Assembly (NCBI RefSeq): GCF_048593235.1
Contig: NC_133621.1
Coordinates: 91,193,148 to 91,257,147 of the forward strand
DNA length: 64,000 bases
Direction: 5' to 3'
DNA from: Sminthopsis crassicaudata
Lineage: Eukaryota
Shown in pieces: positions 12,241 to 24,999 of the stretch. Positions within the stretch are counted from its first letter, which is position 1, and every line of letters begins with the position of its first letter. The position numbers and the translations under genes are program-made. Under the pieces are notes generated by a model, which was not told the DNA's origin, ran no database searches, and worked only from the letters and a program-made list of their open reading frames with translations.

Positions 12241-15034
12241 CCATATGTCTTTATATGGGTATAGTGTGTGTATCCGTACCCAGCAGGATTAGCTTACAAC
12301 AAAGTTGTAAAGTTTCAGCATAATTGTAAGTCTTCAGTGACTTCTATTATCTGTTACTTGGAGTTCCCTTCCCTTCCTTTTCTAAGTTCATTCGTAGATG
12401 GAGAGTGTGCACAGTTTTCAGAATCTCACTTTACAGGCCCAGAAGGGGTAAATGATTTGCCTAAGGTCACACTATAATTGCAGAGTCAGGATTTGAAACC
12501 AATCCCTTAGATTATAAAATCAGTGCTCAATGTTAGGAGTTTGTGGTCCTTCCTCCAACATCAACCTTCAAGGTATTTGATTTTGAAAAGACATCTTCAA
12601 GGAAAGAGCAAAGTTTAACCCTGATGATGGAATCTCTAATATAGAACCTCAAAAATCAGTAAGAGGATTTTAGATGGGGGTGGGGGAGGGTGTCTTTTTG
12701 ATATCATTCTTCCCAGAGCATTGCTGACCTGAAATAGGTCATCTGGGGAGAGAGGGAGTTCTCCATTATTTGAAGTGTGCAAGCAGAGGCTGTCTGGCTT
12801 ATGATATATGAGATTTCTGCATTAGGAAGGAGGTTAAAGTCAATGACCTTTAAGGTAAGTCTGTGTAGCATTACTTGTGAGGGTGCTCTCCCTCCCGATC
12901 TGTGTTAAGGCACAAGACCAGTCAAAAACCTCTCTTGGGATTGGAGAGGCTGAAGCATTGATGGAGTGTCTGTTGACATTTTTCATCTCCAGTTAAGAGA
13001 TCTGGCAGGGATCAGAACCACAGTTATAGCACAAGGAGCCTTGGGCAGGAGGGGTGGGGGTGGGGGTGGGATGTTGTGGATTCTAAAGTCACTCTGATGT
13101 GAACTTTCTAGACGACCTTGGGTAATTGATTTCCTTCTTGGGGACCTCTATTCTTTCACCTGATTCAAGGAGAGAGTTGAACCAGATAATTTCTAAGCTC
13201 ATTTCCAGTTCTGATATCTCTCATCTTGTGAAAAGGAGGTCACTTCACTGACAAGGTTTTTAAAAGAACAAACAGCAGCATACCCAAGGACGTCATCTAT
13301 ATTTTTAGCCCTTTTCAGAATAGTTTATACCAAAAATAAAAGAGAGATGGGTGATTGTGGGGGGAAGGGAATATTGAGATAATATTGAAGCCTCATAATT
13401 GATGGAAAGAGGGTAGGAAAGAAAGTCCTGGATTCTAGACCTAGCTCAGCCAAGCAGCTATCCTGTGACTCAGCACCTTTGCTGAAGTCATGTAGGGAGG
13501 GCCCAAGAAAAAAAAAATTTGTTCCCTCTCTGCTCTCTACCAGCTTGTTTATGTAGGAGATCATGTGTCAAAATGTACACTGAGGGAAGCCTTCAAAGAG
13601 AACATAATTCCTGAAAGGCAAACTGAGAATAGTATGGACAAGAGGCTTAGTTACCCTCTCTTGCTTGGATAGTCTGTAGGGACTTTATGGCCAGAGCAGC
13701 CTTTTAAGTCAGGCTGCCTGGTCCTATCTTAGAGACCCAGGTCCCAGTCACCAGGAGCAGGATCTCCCCCAGCTTGGTCACTGCAAGCACCAGATGCTCT
13801 GCCTGGGGATCATACTCACAAGATAGAGTTTAACCCTGACTTGTTTCCATAAATTATCTGGCTGAGAGGGGGAAAAAGGAATCACAAATTAAACATGGGT
13901 TCCTTCGAAGCTGAATGAAAAAGCCCCAGGCACCCAGCTCATCAGGTGACAGAGATCTGAGCAAGAGTAAGGTAGAACTACCTAGCACATCCTTGTGGAA
14001 ATCTGGGGCCTGAAGTTAAAAGGGCTCCAAGAGATGAATATTGTGGAGAAAGAAATTGTTCTGGGGGAGTGAATGTGGATGGGTAACCTTTGCTAGTCCT
14101 CAAGGGATACTAGTCCAGTAGGAAGTTTTATAGGGGAACATCGGAGTTTCTCCTTCACAGAAGTCCAATTTTGATGCCTTGACTTGGAGGTAGTTCCTGG
14201 GTTTTCAAAAAGCATGTCAGTAAAGCACAAGCTCTGGCAAACACTACCAACCAGGAAAGGCTGAGAGGACAAGCCCAGTGATGGACTCTGTTTCTGAAAT
14301 CTGAATTTCAGTCCAACTAAATTCTGAGGTACTCAATGCTACACTGGCCACAAGTAATCCAATTTTTTTTCTTTTTTAGTGTCATCAACGGTGTGAGGTC
14401 ATCTGCCAAGCTGTAGATAGGGTTTTGTCTGAACACTCATCCTGAAAAGCTCTCAGAGCCCTTGACAGTGAAGAATTTAACATCTTAGGTGCCAATGAAA
14501 CATGGCACTGACATAGGGTATCTATTCACCTCGGTCCCCTAACTTGCAACATTCAATTACTGATAGAAAATGAGTCACAGCTTACTGACAGGTAACATTT
14601 CAGGAGCTAGAGGGAGACAGGAGAGTACACTGGTCAGTGGAAAGCAAGCAGAAGTCAGAGCCAGGGATCAGCCGATCAGAGCTGGAATCTTAGCAAGCAT
14701 CTAATCCAAGTCCCATGTTTTATACTCAAGAGCTGTGCTCCATTTTCTTTATCCATAAGTATAAATACCACCTGATTAATCCTAGCAGAATAGGGGATAT
14801 TGAGATCAATTTTGTGATTCCCAAAGACCTCTTAGGATATTTTGATGATTGATATTATGATATGAGAGACTCAGTGATGAAAACAAATATCTATGACTTT
14901 CTGTGTGCAGGATACCACATTCAGAGCTGGAGGCAATAGGAAGTTCAAATTGCCCACTCCAGCCCTCATGGAGTTAACTTCCAGGGTCCAGTCTAAGTGA
15001 ATCCAGTCAATCACAAGCATAAACAACACACTGT

Positions 15035-15170
15035 TTCCAGAACCAAATTAAATTGTAATCTGGAAATACTTAGCAAAATAAATATAAATATAAAACATAG
15101 ATAATGGTAATTTGTGGTTTTCTGAGTCAATACACCACCTTCAGTGTGTTTCTATTTGGGTTTGACACCA
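15035..15170 (+). mobile_element. Old hAT-type MITE fragment (same family as 56040-56562)
   Basis: Ends in tttctatttgggtttgacaccact, matching tttctacttgagtttgacaacactg at about 56540-56562. Confidence 0.55.
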
Positions 15171-18100
15171 CTACAATATGCCATAAGCATAAGTCTATTC
15201 AGCTCCTTGCTTTTGCCATTTGCTCCTTTGACAGCTGCTTCTCGTTGGCTGTCAGAGGGAAGAGGTATCTACCATCCTCCCAACCTCCTCAACAGAAGTG
15301 ATCCTACCAGCATCCTTGGATGAGAATATGAGAAAGTGGAAGATGAGGATACTCTGAGATACCCAAATTGCTACTGGTAGAAAATCATTCCAAGACATTC
15401 CTAGTCCCAATCCCCCTCACTAACAATCCCAAAACCCAAACTCAAGTCTCCTGAGCAATATTATTCAGTACTTTCTTTTCTGTCCCAGTTCATTTTTGAT
15501 ACAATTCTGTTTTTCCAATCCTCCCTCCTTAAATAGCATGAGGACTTTTATCTTTAGTGAACTCAATATTCAAAAAGGATGCACTCTTAAAAGAGCTTGC
15601 CTAATCCCATCCTGCCAAGTCTCAATGAGTCCCCCACTCTGCTCCATGTCAAAATCACTATGAATGCCAAGTGTTGTACCAGACCTTCCCACTGAATATG
15701 GATGCTTCTGTCCTCTGTTGCCAAGCAGCACTCCTGATGTTGGTTTTCATGGTGACTGGCATCACCACGGCAGCCAACAATTTATAGCACTTCTCTTATT
15801 TTTCTAAAGTACTGGACATCTTAATCCTGTTTTCCATAGATGGTAGATAAGTACAGGGGCTTGTCTTGTAAAAATTAGCTGGGGTGTGGGAAGGGGTAGG
15901 GGAGGTGGAGTGGACCCTTTGACAAATAGCTTAACATCATCTATTCTGCAAAACTTGTCTGATTAAAAAAACAAAACCAAAAAACCTCTAAAATCTCATC
16001 TCCTCCATGAAGCTTGCCTGCTTTGCTAAGAGTCAGTGCTCCTTCTTTGCTCACTACCCCTGGAGCAGACTTCCTTATCAAATATAAAAACATACAATTT
16101 GATATATTTAACCTAGTACTTGGTTGGTTGATTTGTTTGGCAGATACCTTTTCTACTGTCAACACCTATCAGAAAGAATAGTCAGTTAGTCTGGCCTGTA
16201 TTTTCTGAATGAGCCCATATGATTCAAAATAAGGAAGACACTAGTCCCATGGTATTTGGGGCTGGAGAATTGTGTCTAATTTGGAGCACATTTTAAAAAG
16301 GACATTTTTAAAATTGGGCTCTATAGAGTTTGGTGACCAGAATGGCAATGGTCCTTGAAACCATGGGATATACAAGTTCAAGAAACCAAAACACATTGAA
16401 GAGGGAACATAGTCACAACTTTGTTATCTGAAGGTTTGTCATGCAAGAAACAGAAGCAGAGCTGAGAGACATGAATTCTCTGCAACTAGAAGTCTGAGCA
16501 ACCAAGAACAGCAGAAAGGGAATTCATGTGAAGGCAATAAATAACCTCTAAGGTTCCTTCCAATTCCAACAGTCTATAATTCTGTGATTCACTGACTTCC
16601 CAAACATAACTTGGGCATTATGTCCTCATGCCTTTATTTATAGTCCACTCTGTCCAAAACCTATCCATTATTCAAATTCCAGCTCAGGTCTTGCTGCTTA
16701 CATGAACTTCTAGCCCGTATGTATCTAAAACCCCAGGCTGCTTAGCATTTAATTCTATTATTTTCTAAATCAAGAGCATCCCAGTCTTGTCTCCCAGTTA
16801 GACGAAGTAGGAGGCTACCATGACTAATAATCACACGTGGTCATTTTGTGTTTCCAGAAAACCCTTTTCTCTGGTCCTCAATGGAAATAATTACTCTATT
16901 ATTTTCCTCACAGAGAACTTGTGAAGAGAAAATGAAAGACTTTCCTATGAACATTTCCATGGCTGTCCTCTCATATGAGAACCATGCGTGAAGTTTTACT
17001 GAGAATCTGAAAAGTAGGTATGAATAGTTTTGAAGGTAAGGTTCCAAATCTCAAGGAGGAAAAAGCAATACCCTAACCCAGATCAGAGGATTCTGATCAG
17101 GGATGTGATGCTGGAGAATGAGAGGAATATGTTTTCCTTAGTCCCAGAGGTTCTCAACCTTTACTGTATGTGAAGGGTTGTTTTTTTTTTGTTTGTTTGT
17201 TTGTTTGTTTCTGATCACAACTGTATTTTAATATAACTATTTTCTTCTACAATCTATTTTAATGTAGGCATTTATAAACATTATTCCATAGGCTAAGACT
17301 TCCTCCCCTAAATATTTAAGAGTATTTCAAAGGAAAAACATTCCATGTGTACAGCTTGCTAACATGCTCATATCAAGAGATAGAAACGAAGTGTAGGAAC
17401 ACAACTGATCCATTCGGAGGATACTGTGACTAGGTGAATTTCAAGTTAAACAAGGCCTAATTATTCTTAGACATGGAACCAGAAGTACTAGAAGATTGAC
17501 TTTGTCCAGGCAGATCAAAGTAACCAATGGATCAAGAACAACCATGCCCAGCTACCATGACCATTGTGATCGACTTCACCCTTTAAGAAAACAAAAAATT
17601 GTCATTAGAAATGGGTTAATACCTGACTGACAAAACACTTGCTATATTTCAGTGAGGAAAAATTCTTCTTAATCTGTTCTGCTACCACTGCCTCAACCCG
17701 GCATGATGCTAGCTCCCTATATGGAGCACCCTAAGATGCCAATAACGAATCTTTCTCATCCTGGACTGATACCTGTGAGGTTTTAGTAAATAAAGCTACT
17801 TAATAGGACCTAGTGTCTCCAAAACTTTGGTTTTGTCCTTTGTGATGCCTACTTACCGCAGCTCTGGCCACAGTCAGGAGCAGTGAGAACTCACCATGAG
17901 GGGTCACTACATCCTAGACTGACCAGCAGCAAGTGGTCTTCACCAATTCTTGCATAGGTGCTAGCCGCCCATCTGACAAGTACCCATCACTGAAAAGAAC
18001 ATAACTAGATCCTCTCTGAAGTAGATCTGCAATATGCCAAAGTGTTTGGGATTGTGGAATTCTTGGGGCCAGAGGTCAATATGGAAGGTCACATTTTCTC

Positions 18101-19713
18101 GAGAATATACTTACCAATAATCAATCTTGATTTAAAAAGAGAAATGTGAAAATGACTAGTAAAAGATTATCATAATTAAAGGGCATCACAGTCTAGTTGG
18201 ACAGAAGACAAATTTTGGAGCTAAGAAATTAGTTTAAATCTTGCTTTTATCCATAATGGCTATTGAATGCAGGGCAAGTCATTTAATCTCTTGGTGCTCA
18301 AGCAAATCCTCAAGATACTATATATAGATGAGTTGCTAATCTATATCAGTGAAAAATTGTTCCATATTGTGAAGTTTAGTATAAAAATGAAGCTACAGAT
18401 CTCACCCATTTATGGCCAACTCCCTACCCCCCTAAAACAACAACAACTACTACAATTACATAAGATCATGCAACCTCCCTTGGGGCAAATTATACCAACA
18501 ATCTCTATCAACCTAATGCTAACCCCACCCCTACTCCACTCTCAATCCCAAATAGTAGTTAGGACCATTAAAAATTCCACTAAGACCCAACCCCAATCAC
18601 CTACTTTCTCCTAGATTGCCCCATCACTGCCTGACAGCCACTAAATCAAAGCACATCTCAACATCTTCAGCCTTTGAATTGAGATGGTTAGAAGTAAGCT
18701 GGGTTTTTTTGTCCCTTTCACCAGGAATAAGGAGGAAGAAGGATTATTGCTTCCCACTGAGTATATGTATGATATGCAGAAAAAAAGAGAATTCTCTTGG
18801 GGGGGGCTTTTTGGAAGAAAACAAATAAGCTCAGAGTCCTGGAGATTTAGCAAGTAGGGGTAAGGGAGAGAAAAGGAAATGAGCACTCAGACCATTTGAA
18901 ATATTCAATCCTTCATTATTCTGTTCTGAAACATTCTGGATAAAGAACCAAGTAAGTTATCTTCACCCCCTCCTCCCTTGGGTACCATTTTGTTTTCTAA
19001 ATGATATGTGACACTGCTATTCTTCTGGAACCTCTATAGTATCAAACCCCAATCAGGTCCCCTCCTCACTGCTCTTGGGCCAGACCTCCCAACATTCCAT
19101 GCAGGACAGGCTAGGACTGCTCCCTCTTCCCATGTGTATCATTATTAAGACTTCTGACTTCTAATATTAACGATGCATTTTAGTGTAGCTTTGGAGACTC
19201 CTTCTCTTTGGAGTACCCATTCTCTGGGCTAGTATAGACCAGGATGGTCCATATTAGCACCTGGCTAAAACCAATTTGGCCTTCACCCTAAGCTTCCCAT
19301 GCCTTTGAACGTCTACAAGTATTTGTGAATGTTCCTCCCTAGGATGCTGCCTTTATCTAGAGTCACTGTGTGTCCTCTGGGGAAAAAAAAGGGGGAGATG
19401 GGAAGAAAAACAGGGAGAAGTCAATCACTGGAGTTAATGTTACCTGGCCTGACCCAGCCCCACTGTACTCAAACCAGGTCATTTCAGGATTCATCCACAA
19501 GCTATTCAGAGGATGAGTTTCTAAGCCTTGAAGAAAACTCTGCCTCTTGAGTTAAGGCCAGGAAGAAACCTCCCCAAGAAAGTTACTGCTCTCAAGGGTC
19601 TTCTGTCCAAGCAAGTAGGTCAACTATAACCCCTGCCCATCCCCCACCCTCCCCTACACACACATGCACACAATCCCCAGATATAGAGACTTCCTGAGCC
19701 TCAGCCCCATCCA

Positions 19714-21398
19714 TTAAGGTTCTTCCTTGATGCTGTGTGCAGCAGCAAGCACCACCTGGCCCCTTGCTCTATGGACACGATGGTGTTTAAGCAAGTGCTG
19801 CTTCTGGCTGAAGCCCTTGCCACAATCAGCACATAGATAAGGCCGCTCGCCTGTGTGGTTCCGCTGGTGCCGAGTCAAGTTGGGCTTTTGGCTGAAGCAA
19901 CGCCCACAATCTGGGCAAGGGTAGGGCCGCTCCCCTGTGTGAATCCGCTGGTGGATGGTGAGCGCAGACCACCAGGTGAAGCTCTTGCCACACTCATTGC
20001 AGATGAACTGACGCTGCTCAGCAGTGCCAGATGAAGGGGCTCCTCTTCCTGCCTGGGACATGCCTACTGGGCCCCGGCCCCAGCGTGGCTCTCCGTCCAG
20101 CAAGACAAGCTCGCTCCCTTGCAGGGCCTGAGAAGCCGGCGGTGGCTGCAGAGGGAAGCCCAAGGCATACTCTGAAGCTGGCATTAAGCCCGACCTCGGT
20201 TCCACACTAGCCACAGCCACCACCATCCGGCCCCGGAGGGCTGCCCCGTGGAGCAGCTCAGCGGCAGCATGGGCCCTCTGGTGGGCTCGCAAGGCTGCCC
20301 GGCTGGGGCAGCTCTCCCCACAGCCAGGGCACAGGGAAGCCTTCTCCCCAACTCGGTGTGTGCGCTGGTGTTTGAGCAGATGCTGCTTCTGACGAAAGCC
20401 CCGGCCGCAATCAGGGCACAGGTGGGGTCGTTCACCCGTGTGGTTACGGAGGTGCCGAGTCAGATTGGGCTTCTGGCTAAAGCGCCGCCCACACTCTGGG
20501 CAAGCATATGGCTGCTCCCCTGTATGGATCCGTTGATGAATGTTCAGTGATGACCACCACGTGAAACTCTTCCCACACTCATTACAGATGAACTGGCGCT
20601 GCTCCCCAGACCCAGTAGCAGAGGCCCGAGCCTTAGCAGGTGGTCCCGGCCTCCACCCTGCACCAGCTTCCACCCAGGGACACCCTGGCAGTTCTCGTGA
20701 TGTTGATGGAGGCCGGCGGGGCTTCCGGGTCACCTTGTCTCTGAGCAGCTTCTGCAGCTCAGCACGGGCCAGCTGACGGTCACGGGCATGGGTCCTCTGG
20801 TGGATGCGCAGGGCAACTTTATGGCGGAAGCGTCGCTCACACTCAGGGCAGGAATGAATTGCAGGGCGGGAGTGTGTCTTCTGGTGTTTGAGCAGATGTT
20901 GCTTCTGGCTAAAGCGCCTCTCGCACTCAGAACAGTGGAAGGGACGTTCACCTGTGTGGTGTCTCTGGTGCCGAACTAAGTTTGGCTTCTGGCTGAAGCT
21001 CTTGCCACATTTGCCGCAGTGATAAGGTTTCTCTCCTGTGTGAGTGCGTTGGTGGATATTGAGTGAAGACCACCAACTAAACCTCTTCCCACAGTCTTGA
21101 CATGTAAAGTGTCCCTCACCTACTGGAAACTGTGGGCCAAGAGGTGCGGGGGCTGCTGTGGACCCACGGCCAGTTGACCCTCCCAACCACTGAGCACTGG
21201 GAATTCGGCCTGGGCCTTGGGCCTCCTCCCAAACTCCTGGGGCTCGAGGCTTCCCCAAAGCCTGGCGAAGTGGATGGCCCAGAGGATGCTGGAAGATATT
21301 CTCCTTGTCCTTCTCTGGCAGAATCGTGGGAGCCTCCAGGGCCTGGGGAAGCCACTCCTGCTTCTCCCATTTGATCTTTACCATGATGCTGCTGTCAC
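19714..21398 (-). CDS. ZNF775: ZNF775 main coding exon (11 C2H2 fingers)
   Basis: Translation carries ZNF775 hallmarks: [34 protein letters not shown]. Acceptor is ttttttTAGCAG|GT with exon start 21398, phase 1. Internal ATG at 21384, stop TAA at 19714. The ORF-track start at 21468 is intronic. Confidence 0.95.
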
Positions 21399-22946
21399 CT
21401 GCTAAAAAAAGGAGATGGACAGAAATGATTCTCAGTAATTGATTCTTGAATAGATAAGAGGAAGGCATGAAGTAGAAAGGAGGGGAAGAATAAAAAGCAT
21501 AAGAATGAGAAAGAAAGATAGCAGAGAAAGACTAGTGAATGAGAGGGGGGAAAGGAGAGAAAACTATGAATGTGAAGGAGAAAATGAGAAAAGAGAAAAA
21601 TGAAAGGAAGATAGAAATAAAGAGATGAGAATGAGAAGGCATGGAGGAATGAAGAAAAGGACAAAAGAGAGGAGAGCATGGAAAGGAAGAATAGAGAGAA
21701 AGGGGAAAGGAGAAAGCTGAAGACTAGAAAGTCAGAAAGAAAAGTGAAATTTGGGCCCTGCATTTGAAACCCTGTACTGCACAGGGAGAGTGGATCTCTT
21801 GCACTGACTGTTGCCTGTTCTACCTCACTGCTCGCTTTATGGGTCTGAGCAGGCCAAAGAGGGTCCTAGAAAGGACACACACACAGACCTTTAAAAAATA
21901 CAGCCCATGCTGGTGGGCCAGGAAAAGGTTTAACAATAACCATGAAAACAAAACCCCATTTCCCAGCAAATTTCCTGTTTGCTTGCTGTCATCACCAGGG
22001 GATATGGGCCAGATTCAGATAGGTTTCATTGTATAACTGTTTTCCAGATGCTATTCCCTTTGTTTTATATCATTTCATAAAGGGCCTCAAGAGGTCCTTC
22101 TTCATTCCTCTAGGTGCTTTTCTGAATTCTTTCTTGGTTTTCAGCTGTATTCTGTGTATACCCCTTTGCATCTGCATAGGTGCAATGCTGTATAGCTGAG
22201 AACTAGGTAGGTAGGGAGACAGGTTTTTGGCAGCCCCATCTCCTGCTGTCAGTGATATACTACTGAGAAGGCCTTCAGGGAACTGGTTTAACACCTTTTT
22301 AAAGAATCATTGTTTTTGGAATAAAACTGGCAATGCAGAACTGGAAATTGAGGCAGTTGGTGGGTCATACATTCCCTAACATTGGCTATGTTCCCGCAGA
22401 GATGAGGTTCACTTTTCAGAATGACAGAGAGGATTCCTATTTCATGGTAGGGTTCTATTGAAGGACATCTAAGGTTTCTTCCAACCCTGACACTCTGGGA
22501 ATTTATTTCATGATTCTGCTGTGGTAACTCCCCCATAAAGTTTTATTATTCTCGTCCTCCAAATAAGTAAAAAATGAGATACAGGGGGTCGAAGTGATTT
22601 GCTCAAAGTCTCATGGTTGTTAATGGAAATGCTATGACTAGAGTCAAACCTCTCCAGATGAATTTGCCCAGGTGCCTATATCAAATACAGGACATAGATT
22701 CTACTGAAAACCTAAAACATAATAATAGAAAATGGAAGAAGAGTTTTTAAAAATGAGTTTAAAAAAAAATTCTATCATTCCCCACCCTCTGGGTAAGGAA
22801 AGATCCAGGTAATATAGCAAGCATCTAGCTGAAAGAAGCTAAGAGGTGAATGTAGATTTAAGGAACAGGGTGACTAAGAGAAACAATGAGAGAAATGAAT
22901 TTGGGTAGGTGCCAAAGTACTAGTCTTTGCTTATTCCTTTACTTAC

Positions 22947-23061
22947 CTGAACAAGAACTCAGAGGGAAATCTCTCTCTTTAGATGGCTCTTGAGTCATTA
23001 CCACAAGTTCTGACCCCTGTCCTTTAACATATAGGTCAGAGGACTGGGAAAGTTGGATGGC
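22947..23061 (-). CDS. ZNF775: Predicted upstream exon of ZNF775 (115 nt; ATG at 22998 gives MTQEPSKERDFPLSSCS-G)
   Basis: Acceptor tttctttcctgtctcatag| and perfect donor CAG|GTAAGT. It ends in phase 1, in frame with the main exon, and is open along its whole length. Confidence 0.7.
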
Positions 23062-23299
23062 CTATGAGACAGGAAAGAAATGATGGATTTTAAAATTCAT
23101 TAACATAATAACATCTTACATGTGCATAATTTATCATTTGATCCTTTCCAAGAGACTTTCAAACCCCTGTATTCCTCTTGATCAACGTTTAATAATAGTT
23201 CATTATCTTTGTAAATACAATAGAACCCATAAACAGCAAGACAAGCATACATGACTACCAAATTTACAAATGATTCAAAGCCAGGAAGAACAGCTAATA

Positions 23300-23760
23300 A
23301 ATTGGAAAAAACTTAGGATCCAAAGAGATTTTCAGAAAGTTAAGCAAGAAAGTCAGGCTGAATCTAATAAAATGAAATTTAACTAAGACAAATGTAAAGT
23401 TTTATATTTTGGCTCAGAATGAATTCAGAAGTATAAATTGGGAAGTTTTGACACATTTGGAAAAAATTTTGGGATTTCTCAATGACTCAGTAAGAGTCAA
23501 TAGTGTGACAAAAGTCCAAAGAGGACCCTTAGCTATACCAATAGAAGTAGGTTATCCAGAACAAGTGAATGTCCTAGTTCATACACATTCTAGAATACTA
23601 TATGCAGTTCAGAATGCCATATTTTAAGAAATTGGAAGTGTCCAGGGAAAGACAGCCAAGATGTGAAAAGCCAAAATCAAATGAAGAAAATGAGGACATT
23701 TACCATAAGAAGAAGACTTTGGAGGACAAAAATAAAATGGTTTCAAATAACTGAACTATT
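23300..23760 (+). mobile_element. Ancient L3/CR1 fragment
   Basis: CR1-like motifs: aaatgaaatttaa...gacaaatgtaaagtttta, ctagaatactatatgcagttc, gtgtccaggga. Confidence 0.6.
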
Positions 23761-23820
23761 ACTGACATACAGTATTAGACACAGCAATGCTCTGGTTAGT
23801 TTTGCTGAACATGTTTTTCT

Positions 23821-24808
23821 TTTTTTTTTTTTTTTTAATTTATTTTTTATTTTTTTTATTCATTTTTCCAAATTATCCCCTCCCTCCCTCCACTCCCTCC
23901 CCCCGATGACAGGTAATCCCATACATTTTACATGTGTTACAATATAACCTAGATACAACATATGTGTGTAAATACCTTTTTCTTGTTGCATATTAATTAT
24001 TAGCTTCCGAAGGTATAAGTAACCTGGGTAGATAGACAGTAGTGCTAACAATTTACATTCGCTTCCCAGTGTTCCTTCTCTGGGTATAGCTATTTCTGTC
24101 CATCATTGATCAACTGGAAGTGAGTTGGATCTTCTTTATGTTGAAGATTTCCACTTCCATCAGAATACATCCTCATACAGTATTGTTGTTGAAGTGTATA
24201 GTGATCTCCTGGTTCTGCTCATTTCACTCAGCAACAGTTGATGTAAGTCTCTCCAAGCCTCTCTGTATTCCTCCTGCTGGCCATTTCTTACAGAGCAATA
24301 ATATTCCATAACCTTCATATACCATAATTTACCCAACCATTCTCCAACTGATGGACATTCATTCAACTTCCAGTTTCTAGCTACAACAAAAAGGGCTGCC
24401 ACAAACATTTTGGCACATTCATACACATTCTAGAATACTATATGCAGTTCAGAATGCCATAGTATTTTTAGTATTTCTCTTTAGTATTTCTTTGGGATAT
24501 AATCCCAATAACAGCAATGCTGGGTCAAAGGGTATGCACAGTTTGACAACTTTTAGGGCATAGTTCCAAATTGCTCTCCAGAATGTTTGGATTCTTTCAC
24601 AACTCCACCAACAATGCATCAGTGTCCCAGTTTTCCCACATCCCCTCCAACATTCATCATTATTTGTTCCTGTCATTTTAGCCAATCTGACAGGTGTGTA
24701 GTGGTATCTCAGAGTTGTCTTAATTTGCATTTCTCTGATCAGTAGTGATTTGGAACACTCTTTCATATGAGTGGAAATAGTTTCAATTTCATCATCTGAG
24801 AATTGTCT
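23821..24808 (-). mobile_element. Young 5'-truncated L1 (ORF2 C-terminus, 3' UTR, poly(A)) with target-site duplication
   Basis: ORF track gives KECSKSLLIREMQIKTTLRYHYTP...CWRGCGKTGTLMHCWW and KMFVAALFVVARNW (L1 ORF2p C-terminus). Poly(T) from 23821. TSD TGAACATGTTTTTC(TTT) at 23806 and 24809. Confidence 0.95.
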
Positions 24809-24999
24809 TGAACATGTTTTTCTTTTCCTTTTCTAATCTTTGCTCAATTTGCAGGGGAGATGAGGAATGATATATTTTTAAATAAATATGATATAAAAAC
24901 AAAAGGTATCAATAAAAACATCAGAGCTTCTGCTGCTTTTCTAAAGTCAACAATTATTTCAATTAATTTCTGGCTATTTGTGACTTCCTGAGTAAACAA

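Noticed and set aside
18400-18660. G-poor, C/A-rich stretch resembling a NUMT
   Set aside because: No mitochondrial gene or tRNA could be read in any frame; likely strand-biased 3' flank of ZNF775.
20184-21405. Multiple ORFs overlapping ZNF775
   Set aside because: Shadow ORFs of the finger exon.
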